NCBI GenBank assembly: GCA_040285825.1 | Contig: JAUPSS010000007.1 | Coordinates: 3,052,469 to 3,116,468 of the forward strand | Direction: 5' to 3' | Source: Eukaryota sp. TZLM1-RC | Lineage: Eukaryota; Protista; Metamonada: BaSk clade | Length of the DNA stretch: 64,000 nucleotides | In this document: piece after piece, positions 37,031 through 47,400 of the stretch | How positions within the stretch are numbered: position 1 is the first letter of the stretch | Layout: every line of letters starts with the position of its first letter | Notes under the pieces: generated by a model | Told to the model about the DNA's origin: nothing | The model's input: the letters and a program-made list of their open reading frames with translations, nothing else | The model's database searches: none | Made by a program: the position numbers and the translations under genes

Positions 37031-37306
37031 AGGATCTGTGGAAAGGCATGATTGGCCAAAAGTTTGCTTGGAGGGAAGTCCTGGATTGTAATAAACGGGT
37101 GCCGGTGCATGAAGTCATTGCTTGAAGTGCCATTTTCATGGGGATTCTTATGTAGCACGATATGCCCAAAATTGAGTAATAAATGGTGGTCTAGATGGGG
37201 CACATATAGATCGTAACAAATATGTGAAATATGTTGTGTGAAATGGCACCTACCATTAGTAGTAATGATGACCAAAGGGAAATAGAAATTATTCATTGGC
37301 AATTTT

Positions 37307-37850
37307 TTAATTTATTGAATTTGCACACTTGATTAAATTAAATCATAACTAATGGGACGACTATCATTAAACCAAGATTTCCTCTACAAAATCTTGATTT
37401 GCTTGCTGTCTAGCTAAAGCTTCTCTAATTCGATTGAAAAACCGCGGTAATCTATTGATAATGGCAAATTGAATCCGTGAACGCCATAAAAAAATATCAA
37501 ATCTTTTCATTGTTTTTTCTTTCACCATTTTTTGGAAGTCATCCAAAAAAGTTTCTGCTTCAACTGATAATCTTCCATTTATCGAAAATGGGAAAGCAAT
37601 AAAAACCAGCTGTGTATTTCTATCGATATTTGCATCTTCAATTTCTTTATCATATTTTCTATGTTTTTCTTTTGCTTTAAAATCCAGAGCAGCCACAGGA
37701 TTAAGTTTTCTTCTGTGAACCAAAGTATCGTTTGCAACATTACATGAGACAAAGTCAACAATAGCTTCAGAATTATCAATCCAATCACAGTATACATCAC
37801 CTCTATCATCAGAACCAAAATTATTCAGAGAAAGTGTTTCTTTCAGCAGT
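37307..37850 (-). mobile_element. 5'-truncated family A retroelement with 11-bp TSD
   Basis: ORF 37367-37873; TTGGCAATTTT at 37296-37306 and 37851-37861. Confidence 0.92.
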
Positions 37851-37884
37851 TTGGCAATTTTGGTAATCATCATATTTTCTCATA

Positions 37885-37975
37885 ATGCTCTCGTGTCCAC
37901 ATTGTTCAATGGATTTCAACGAAGAGTCTCGTGTGCCATTGGTAGTTTGTAGTCATCGCCATAGTGTATGCGGTG
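37885..37975 (+). pseudogene. Truncated N-terminal RING-finger gene fragment
   Basis: MLSCPHCSMDFNEESRVPLVVCSHRHSVCG, then breaks off. Confidence 0.55.
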
Positions 37976-38231
37976 TAATTAACAATAACATAAAATCATT
38001 ATTGAACTGCGACTTTTAGTGAAATTGAGTCACCCAAGACAGTTTCTATACCATTTGATCTGCTTATATTTCAAAAATTTCTCATCGTGCGTGCTTAAGT
38101 CCTAAGTTTGCTGGAGTTGGCTCTTCAAAAGCACCATATTTATGCGCAAGTGCTTTCGGTGACAGCATGAAAAATTGACACCAGCTGTAAGGAAAATAAG
38201 ATTTTGACATGGTTTTGAATCTCGATTAAAA

Positions 38232-38724
38232 TTGTATTTATTGAATTTGCACACTTAATTAAAATAACTCGATACTAATGGGCGACTATCATTGAACCAA
38301 GATTTCCTCTACAAAATCTTGATCTGCTTGCTGTATAGCTAAAGCATCTCTTATTCGATTGAAAAACCGTGGTAATCTATTAATAATGGTAAATTGAATT
38401 CAACTCAATCGAATTTTGGAGGAACGTGATGCTAGAATTGCCAAGTTGGAAAAAAAGAATGCTCTGGAACAAGCCTACAATGCCACCATTGCGCAGAAAA
38501 CTACCGAAGTTGCCAACCTTAGACCTACCATTGATGAATCGGAAAAGCAAAATACTCTATGAACCAAAGTATCATTTGCAACATTACATGAAACAAAGTC
38601 AACAATAGCTTCAGAAGTATCAATCCAATCACAGTATACATCACCTCAATCATCAGAACCAACATTGTTCAGAGAAAGTGTTTCCTTCAGCACGGCCTCT
38701 TTGATACACGTTATCCTTGCAGTT
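38232..38724 (-). mobile_element. Family A 3' fragment with an internal segment replaced by foreign DNA
   Basis: Matches 9301-9468 and 9711-9875; 38400-38558 is unrelated. Confidence 0.85.
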
Positions 38725-38856
38725 CATTATTTAATCAGTATGTCAATGTCACATTTGTATGATCTACGAACAAATAATAATGAGGTTGTTGCATTTTCCG
38801 TTGGTTCTGGAAATTGGACAGTTAGAAATTCATTTAGAACAAATAAACGTTCTTAG

Positions 38857-39186
38857 ATGTTATCAGAGAATGAATATGTGGATGAATATTGTGGAAAATC
38901 AATAGAAGAAATCAAATTTTTATTAAAAGTTTATAATGAATACAAAACACAAGAAAATCTCCACTTTAAAATTATGACGTACAATTTGGACAAAAAATAT
39001 TCTTATAGGTTACAAATTAATTTAGATGTTTATATTGAAAGATTAAAACAAACTAAAAGAACAAATTGTATCAAAACACCATCAATTGTTAATGGAAAGT
39101 TTGTCTTGGACAATAAAATTATTTATACACTGCAAATTGTTATTGTTAACTTTTGTTGCAATTTTTTAAACAATACCTCGAATTAA
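38857..39186 (+). other. AT-rich orphan ORF (virus-like?)
   Basis: K/I/Y/N-rich 109 aa, continuing in frame from a short upstream ORF across one TAG; no motif. Confidence 0.3.
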
Positions 39187-39318
39187 TAAGTTTTTTTATT
39201 GTATGTGCTGCACATTGTCTAGAAAGCATTTACTCCAGAGTTCAGAGGGCAAGCATTCAAATGCATTCTGCTCAAAACCGCAAGAAAACATTTCGCACAT
39301 CATCACAATTTCTCTATA

Positions 39319-41970
39319 ATGCGTCAAAATCAAGATAGTTTGCCTGGTGATAGCGCTATCATTTCGTGTTTTGGAAAGGAGAGTCGTGATCTAGGTCGTC
39401 CAAACCCTCCTCTCAATCACGAGCTTGAAGCCCCGGTTGCATTTCAACCAGTGGGAAGCCAAAATAGCTGCTCACAGGATGCTTCCGATGTTTGCCATGA
39501 CTCCATCTCAACTACCATGGAACTCTCCTCCACTGTTGATGAAGAATTACGATCTCCCTCTAATTGCTCTGTTCATCACATCCTATTTTCAGACTTATCA
39601 CGTAGTTTTCCGCAATCCACCTCTCCTCCCCATTCTTCCGATCCACAACCTGACCGAACACCCGACTCAAATGCACATAATGGATGTCCTCTACAGCATG
39701 CCCCGTCAGATTCTCCTTTAGATCACCCCTCTCTATGTGACCAACAACCAGCACACTTCCCCGAACGATCGGAACGAATGGGTGGGGTTAAGTCCATTTC
39801 ATGCAGTGATTTTTGCTCACTGCTTCTCACCTATTCTGGTGAAGTTTATGCTTGGGGGAGGTGTGGTGATGGTCAAGTTCCTCCTAATATACCAGCAATA
39901 TTCAAACCACCGGTCAAACTTCCAATCAACAACATAATTTCCATTTCAGCTGACTTGGACCATTGCTTTGCCCTTTCTTCGGATGGCTTGTTGTATGGTT
40001 GGGGCAATCGGGGTAATGATCATGCAGTAATGATGCCACCAAAAATTACTCTTATCAACAGCCCTTATTTTTTCAAGGAAATTTACAGTAGCAATAATCA
40101 TTCAAAATCATTTGGATTGACTGCAGAAGGAAAAGTTATTCAGTTAGGTAATGGTACTTTTAAGCCAATACAAGGGATCAACATACACAGTCTTGGTTTT
40201 AGTTCTGCCTGTCTGGACTCAATCGATGTCAACTTCTTCGTTCTTACAAATGATAATTCTGATAGTACTAAGTATGTTTCATTTGTTGAGATTCCAGTTG
40301 ACAATTACATTTTGCCAACCAAACCGTCATTGAGTTACTTTCTGCTTGGTTCCAATTCTTTGTTGGTCATTGACTCTAATGGTGGTGTTTGGAGGTTTGA
40401 GTCTTTTAATAACAAACCCACAAAAGTTTCAGGGTTGAGCAACATTGTCTCTATTATTGGTTCCAAAGATGATTTTTGTGCCGCCACTGATACTGATGGT
40501 AAAGTTTTTGTTTGGGGTAGGTTGAGCAGATTCAGTGATCTTTATGAAGATAGTGAGCAACCAAGATGCATAGAAGCTTTCACCAATATAGAAGGTGTTT
40601 CCTTAGGTCACGACTTCCTTTTTGCCTACAACAAAAACACTGTTTGGGCCTGGGGAAAAAACGATGAAGGTCAATTAGGTACAGGTGATTTGATTGATCG
40701 ATTTCAACCTGCCAAATTATCATTTGGTTCAGAAATACTTGGAACTTTTCATCAGCCAAAGCAGCCTTTGGATAGCATGTTTAGTGGTCTAATCAGATTA
40801 ATTTACTTTGAATATTTACAATATTTGAAAAACTTGTTTGGTAACCATCCATATACAAAAGCCAGATTCTATACCAAATGTTCAGTGAGTAAAAAGGTGG
40901 CTAAATTTTCTAAAGAAGTGATCAATGGTTTTGAATTTTTGAAAAATCCACAACATTTAAATCTCAATGATTATGTTTGGGATTTACAATTGCAATTATC
41001 ATTTGCTTTCAATGGTCCCAGTGTTATTAATAGTCGAATTAAACATCTTGACATTGACTATCATACAGATGAATTTGATCCACAGTTCTTGTCATTTTTC
41101 CCAACTGTTGAGGTTGTTAAGCTTGGTGCAAAGTCAAGACATTATAGATGGCTATCCTTAAACTTGACACATTTATCAAATCTCAAATGTCTGGAGCTTA
41201 ATTGTTCATTCATTATAGAACAATTACCCCCTTCACTAGTGAAGTTGGTGCTTAAAGATGACTTTGAGGTTGCTGATTTAAGCTATCTTACAGCATTGAA
41301 AGAGCTGGTGTTATTTGATGGTTCTTCTTCAGAAAGAATATTAGAAGCACAAATTCCTTTGCCTCTTTCTATTACTAGATTGGAAGTTTGGTTGAGACAT
41401 CCTGTCAATATTGAAATTGAATTACCAAGCATTAAGGAATTGATAATTCATGAAGCAATTGATACCAATATCACTGAACAAAGGTTTCCCTCTTTGAAGT
41501 TTATTCAGTTGCTGGGACCGGAGAGAAATCTATCAATATCATCCTTATCTCCAACAAAACTTGATAATCAAGGTCTAATTAAAGCAACTAAATTAATCAA
41601 AAATGAATATTTAGTTGAATTATCTTGTTTTCCTTGGTGTTTTAAATATCCCTATTATCGCCTTTTTGCTCTTGCCCGTGCTCTGGAGAGGAATTCCACT
41701 CTGACTACATTGAATCTTGGGGGCAACAACATTACCTCTGAAGGCGCTAGTGCTCTCGCCCGTGCTCTGGAGAGGAATTCCACTCTGACTACATTGAATC
41801 TTATAAGCAGCAACATTACCTCTAAAGGCGCCCGTGCTCTTGCCCGTGCTCTGGAGAGGAATTCCACTCTGACTACATTGTATCTTGGGCGCAACAACAT
41901 TAGCAATTCAACCGCATCCAAACTTCAACAAATAGCATCTAATCGTGCTTCTCTTGAAATTTTTGTTTAA
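39319..41970 (+). CDS. RCC1-repeat plus leucine-rich-repeat protein, 883 aa
   Basis: GEVYAWG..GQ, DGLLYGWG, DGKVFVWG, VWAWGKNDEGQLGTGD; LxxLxL repeats; three 28-aa RI-type LRRs at the C-terminus. Confidence 0.88.
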   Translation: MRQNQDSLPGDSAIISCFGKESRDLGRPNPPLNHELEAPVAFQPVGSQNSCSQDASDVCHDSISTTMELSSTVDEELRSPSNCSVHHILFSDLSRSFPQSTSPPHSSDPQPDRTPDSNAHNGCPLQHAPSDSPLDHPSLCDQQPAHFPERSERMGGVKSISCSDFCSLLLTYSGEVYAWGRCGDGQVPPNIPAIFKPPVKLPINNIISISADLDHCFALSSDGLLYGWGNRGNDHAVMMPPKITLINSPYFFKEIYSSNNHSKSFGLTAEGKVIQLGNGTFKPIQGINIHSLGFSSACLDSIDVNFFVLTNDNSDSTKYVSFVEIPVDNYILPTKPSLSYFLLGSNSLLVIDSNGGVWRFESFNNKPTKVSGLSNIVSIIGSKDDFCAATDTDGKVFVWGRLSRFSDLYEDSEQPRCIEAFTNIEGVSLGHDFLFAYNKNTVWAWGKNDEGQLGTGDLIDRFQPAKLSFGSEILGTFHQPKQPLDSMFSGLIRLIYFEYLQYLKNLFGNHPYTKARFYTKCSVSKKVAKFSKEVINGFEFLKNPQHLNLNDYVWDLQLQLSFAFNGPSVINSRIKHLDIDYHTDEFDPQFLSFFPTVEVVKLGAKSRHYRWLSLNLTHLSNLKCLELNCSFIIEQLPPSLVKLVLKDDFEVADLSYLTALKELVLFDGSSSERILEAQIPLPLSITRLEVWLRHPVNIEIELPSIKELIIHEAIDTNITEQRFPSLKFIQLLGPERNLSISSLSPTKLDNQGLIKATKLIKNEYLVELSCFPWCFKYPYYRLFALARALERNSTLTTLNLGGNNITSEGASALARALERNSTLTTLNLISSNITSKGARALARALERNSTLTTLYLGRNNISNSTASKLQQIASNRASLEIFV
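41668..41903 (+). repeat. 84-bp tandem repeat x~2.8 (RI/NLRC3-like LRR units)
   Basis: Units start at 41668, 41752, 41836. Confidence 0.95.
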
Positions 41971-42079
41971 TAAAAACATTTCAATCACTTTTATTATCAA
42001 CACAAAATCAATTACAAGAATCGTCCAACACCAATACAAAACCCAATACAAACTAGAAAAAACAACATCAACAACTGCC

Positions 42080-42270
42080 AACATCGTAGTCCAGTGGGTT
42101 TGCTCTTCGTTCTCTGCTTTGGCAACAGGGTTCGAATCCTATCTGCTGCACTTCTGGCAAAAGAGGACCCCAAAGTTGGAGCCAGCATTTCCTTTCCCAC
42201 TTTCCGGGTCTGACTGCATGGTGCTTGATCAATGAGGGTGATTCTGAAGATTCTGCATTTTAGTTTTTTT
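42080..42270 (+). ncRNA. Degenerate tRNA-headed Pol III unit (candidate SINE or tRNA pseudogene)
   Basis: A box TAGTCCAGTGG 42087-42097 and B box GGTTCGAATCC 42129-42139 at tRNA-like spacing; acceptor and anticodon arms do not pair; T8 run at 42263-42270. Confidence 0.45.
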
Positions 42271-42359
42271 GGATCTTGATTTTGCGTGTGATTCGGCAAA
42301 ATTTCCTTTTGTGAGAAAATTTTGTTTTATTTTTTTAAAACTGGAATAATTATTGAAAC

Positions 42360-44493
42360 AAAAGAAACCCATCTAGAATTCAATATCCTCCAAACAAGCG
42401 TCACTATTACTAAACCTACTTACAGCATTACGTTCATATTCTACACCAATAGCTAAAAGCGCCTTTGAAATCATTGTTGGAATAGACTTGAAAATGCAAA
42501 AAAACAATTCTATTTAACCGGACATAACATTGCAACTTGTCCGCTTATTCAAAAGGCAAAACTTGATGCTCGTGCTGCAACTGCTGATTTGAATTTTTGG
42601 ACGACCTAGATCACGACTCTCCTTTCCAGAACACGAAATGATAGCACTATCACCAGGCAAACTATCTTGATTTTGACGCATTACTGATGCTTGTGCTGTA
42701 ACTGCTGATTTAAATTTTTCGTTATCACACAATCCTGAAAATGAATTTTTAAGTGAGATTCCCGATAACACTCCTAACAAAAAAGATCAAAAAGATGAAA
42801 AAAATGTGTTGAGATGAGTGGAACATGTGAAATATCAGTTTGTGCCGTTTGCGATTTCTCTTCTTTGCAATGTTGGATCTTGAGGGTTGCACTTTTTGAA
42901 AATTTCAAAAAAGTGTTACTAAATAGGTCTAGTAAAACAATGAACTCCACTTTCTGCATGATAAGGAATTTTAGATGGACAAACTTCCACTAAATTTCCT
43001 AAGAAATTTGTTCTCAAAGTATTGACTTGACGTGCAAAATCATGAGAAATTGTGGGAGATAAAGAACGAAGAAGATGATTAATTTTTGATCCAAAACACA
43101 CATTTAGGACCAAAACGCTGAGTGTTTGTCAATTTGTAGATCTTGAATAGCCAAAAGTTGCTCTTCGATTTTTTCCAAAATACCTGACAAAATCGATTTA
43201 ACTTTTTCACAATTTCCAAAATAACAGCCATGAAGAAGGAATCTGAGCACCACCAATCACCAAAGATTGTTTTTCTCTACCAATCAAGAGACATTTAGAT
43301 GGGTTCAAAGCTAATCCAATTTTTTTGTATTTCGCCGCAATGTCTTCAGAGACCCTGGAAATGCTTTCAAAAGAACCAATAATAGATGTCATCCATATAG
43401 GCAACAATACGCAAATCAGGGAAATCTTGTTGTGTCATTTTAATAATATTATGAATAGCCAAACAAAACAGCAAGGGGCCAAGATGATCACCTCGATTCA
43501 CAACAGAAGAAAATTCAAGGGTAAAGGAGTCAAAAATTAAGTCTGATTTTTTTCCATAAAATCGTATTTATTGAATTTGTACATTTTCGGTCCTAAATGT
43601 GTGTTTTGGATCAAAAATTAATCATCTTCTTCGTTCTTTATCTCCCACAATTTCTCATGATTTTGCACGTCAAGTCAATACTTTGAGAACAAATTTCTTA
43701 GGAAATTTAGTGGAATTTTGTCCATCTAAAATTCCTTATCATGCATTTTTTAGTCCTAAATTTGGTGGAGTTGGTTTTTCAAAAGCAGAGTATTTATGCA
43801 AAAGTGCTTTTATTGGTGGTATGAAAAATTTTCTTTTTGAATGGAGACTTCGTTTTGATCATATTCCTTTGAATGAATCACATCCTTTATTAATTTTTCT
43901 TGAAAAAATGGTGCAAGAACTACCTGTTGATGTTTGGAATAGGAGTTTTCCTTCAAGTGTGCCTGCTGTACCATCAAGATCTTTCACCAATCTTCATATT
44001 GCTGTTGTGAAATTACAGAAATCTGTTCTTATTTGTTTTGAACACCTGGATTTTTCTAAACGACTTAGTGTGACTAAGATTAATAATCCCGTCTTTGCTG
44101 CCTTTTTATCAGACATTCAAAACTGTACTAGTTTAATATATCAGCAACCAAGGCCATTTGGTCTTCACTTAACAAATGAAGCTTGGAAACAAAACATGCG
44201 GTTGAGATTAGGGATGTATCCAAGTGGTCTTTTAAACAATTCTTATTGTATTTGTAACAAAAAACCTACTGCCAATTTTCGTCATATTGTGAGCTGTAAG
44301 AAATTTCTCCAATATAGGTCAGTTCTTCATAATGCCGTTCGTGATGTGACATATGAGATGTTCAAGTGTTACAATTTTAGTTGCAAAGTAGAACCTTTGT
44401 TGAAGCATTATAGTGATGATAATCTTTTTAATACACGTCGAGGTGATTTAATTGCTCCTTTTGTGGATTCCTCTCAAGTTGTTGTTGATTTTA
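42360..44493. mobile_element. Mosaic of retroelement fragments (E, N-terminal knuckle, C, B, A 3' tip, C)
   Basis: Matches to 9120-9270, 31510-31650, 33960-34270 and 1270-1530; ORF 43599-44516 (CIC..HIVSC, LHNAVRD, RRGDL) cut inside the RLE. Confidence 0.85.
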
Positions 44494-47400
44494 AACTAAT
44501 AAAACAATTGCTGTAAGTGTAAGAGTATCGTTTTTGATACGATTTACTGAGGCTCATATGAAGTTCCTAGTTTCGTATATTGACCAATGGTTGTTTATTA
44601 CAATCATTGGTCAAATCTTTAAAGTCCATTTTGGGACAATTAATATAACAATTGTGGTGTTGAAGTCCGTGCTATGGTCATTTGAGTAGTCATTGGTTTG
44701 ATTGGTTGAATGGTCATTGGTGTGATTTGGTGAGTTGCATGTAGTCCTTATGTACTAGATGTGATCAACTTGTGATCAAACTTTGTGTGAAATTGTGTGT
44801 GAGTAATGTTGTAATACATTGTTGCATGAACTTTTACATTGATAAAGAAAATTATTTTACTTTTGTTATTTGACAGAAACAAAAAAATAAATTCCAAAAA
44901 AATTTACAGTTTCACTTTCATTTTGAATGTATTCTAGAAACAGATATCGTTTGTTTGATTTGAATCAAAAGGTGATCGTTTGTATATGGCAACGGGACCG
45001 CTATTTTCTGCACGATTATCATTCTTTTGATTAGATTAGTATTTCTTTCAAAATTTTGAGCTTTATACATCATTAAAACCAATGTTCATGTCATTCATTT
45101 GATTTGAATTCCTTTGTTGATAATCTTTTTACAACATTTGCAACAATTTATACATGGTTATCTTGCCTTTGAAAAAATGGAAACGAATGGCGCATTTTAC
45201 AAGAGAAGTTTTCAAGTTTATAAATACAACATGTGTTCTTGATCACATTGTTGGTGTAAAAAAACATTGTTGCGTGAGCTTTTACATTGATAAAGAAGTT
45301 TTTCTTTTTTTTATTAAACATAAATAAAAAATAAGTTTAAAATTTCATAAATTCAACAAACACTTTTCTTGCAAAATCAGTACACGAAACTAGATGCTCT
45401 ATTGATCAAAAATACTGCACCAAAAAAGCTAAAACAATTTGTCATAGTTTTCATTTGAAATCCCCATTTCTTATATGACAAAAAAACTCCACACTTGACA
45501 ATAAATCTTTGAATTGTAATATCCATATGAGTGTTTCAAACGCTGTTGAATGTTATTGTGTTTTCACACTTTCTGTGAAAACATGCTTATGCACAAGTGA
45601 TACAAGGCAGGTTTGATACATGAAGAAATGATTTATGTATTCTGTTTCAATGGCAATCTTGAAAACAATAGTGTTGGCAGAAAAGATGATGTATGTACTG
45701 AAAAGAATACTGTCCAGGAAAACTTTATTATGATAGAGTCTTCATCAAAAAGAAAGTACAACGGTGAAGACATCAAGCCAATCCATGAACAATTGAGATC
45801 AAAAGAGTGATTGAGTCAAACGAAACACTGACAATAACCGATAGGTAAAAGATTTACGGAATAGAAATCCAAAATGCGCTAGGCAAGGCTGCTGCACTGA
45901 TGGCAATTGTGATGCCTACCCTTCTGCCCCGAAGAATCATGGCACTAAGAGTATAATGTGTTTGAAGTTACAGACGCATCCCAAAGTCGGAGTACGGAAA
46001 TGAAAAAAACCGCAGAAGGTTGCTCAGGTTGGAAGATCAGATTTTGGGTCTGGTTTCAAACTTCAGATTTTCCAATTTTGACATTGGAATTTTACCAACC
46101 CTTTATGCAATTAATTTTGGTTTTGCTTTCCTGTTTTCTGCATGTGTTCGTATATGGCAACGGTAACGCTAATTTCTGTACGATTATCATTCTTTTGATT
46201 AGATTAGTATTTCTTTCAAAATTTTGAGCTTTATGCATCATTGAAACCAATGTTCATGTCATTGGTCTGATTTAAATTCTTTGTTGATAATCCTTTTGCA
46301 ACTGTTGCGACAATTTATACATGGTTATCTTGCCTTTAAAAAAATCGAAACGAATGGCGCAATTTACAGGAGAAGTTTTCAATTTATGAATAGCACCACT
46401 TGTTTTTGATCACATTTTTGGTGTAGAAAAACATTGTTGCGTGAACTTTTACATTGATAAAGAAAATTATTTTTCTTTTGTTATTTGACAGAAACAAAAA
46501 AATAAAGTCCAAAAAATTTTACAGTTTCACTTTCATTTTGAATGTATTCTAGAAACAGATATCGTTTGTTTGATTTGAATCAAAAGGTGATCGTTTGTAT
46601 ATGGCAACGGTAACGCTATTTTCTGCACGATTATCATTCTTTTGATTAGGTCAGTATCTTTTTCAAAATTTATGAGCTTTATACATCATTAAAACCAATG
46701 TTCATGTCATTCATTTGATTTATATTCCTTTGTTGATAATCTTTTTACAACATTTGCGACAATTTATACATGGTTATTTTGCCTTTGAAAAAATGGAAAC
46801 GAATGGCGCATTTTACATGAGAAGTTTTCAAGTTTATAGATACAGCATGTGTTCTTGATCACATTTTTGGTGTAGAAAAACATTGTTTCGTGAACTTTTA
46901 CATTGATAAAGAAAAATTATTTTACTTTTGTTATTTGACAGAAACAAAAAAATAAATTCCAAAAAAATTTTACAGTTTCACTTTCATTTTGAATGTATTC
47001 TAGAAACAGATATCGTTTGTTTGACTTGAATCAAAAGGTGATCGTTTGTATATGGCAACGGTAACGCTATTTTCTGCACGATTATCATTCTTTTGATTAG
47101 ATCAGTATCTTTTTCAAAATTTATGAGCTTTATACATCATTAAAACCAATGTTCATGTCATTCATTTGATTTATATTCCTTTGTTGATAATCTTTTTACA
47201 ACATTTGCGACAATTTATACATGGTTATCTTGCCTTTGAAATAATCGAAACGAATGGCGCATTTTACAAGAGAAGTTTTCAAGTTTATAAATACAACATG
47301 TGTTCTTGATCACATTTTTGGTGTAAAAAAACATTGTTGCGTGAACTTTTACATTGATAAAGAAATTTTTCTTTTTTTTATTAAACATAAATAAAAAATA

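Noticed and set aside
39317-42683. 88-bp TIRs of a DNA transposon carrying the RCC1-LRR gene
   Set aside because: No outer TSD; the right copy has its own 35-bp flanking duplication, so it is an independent insert
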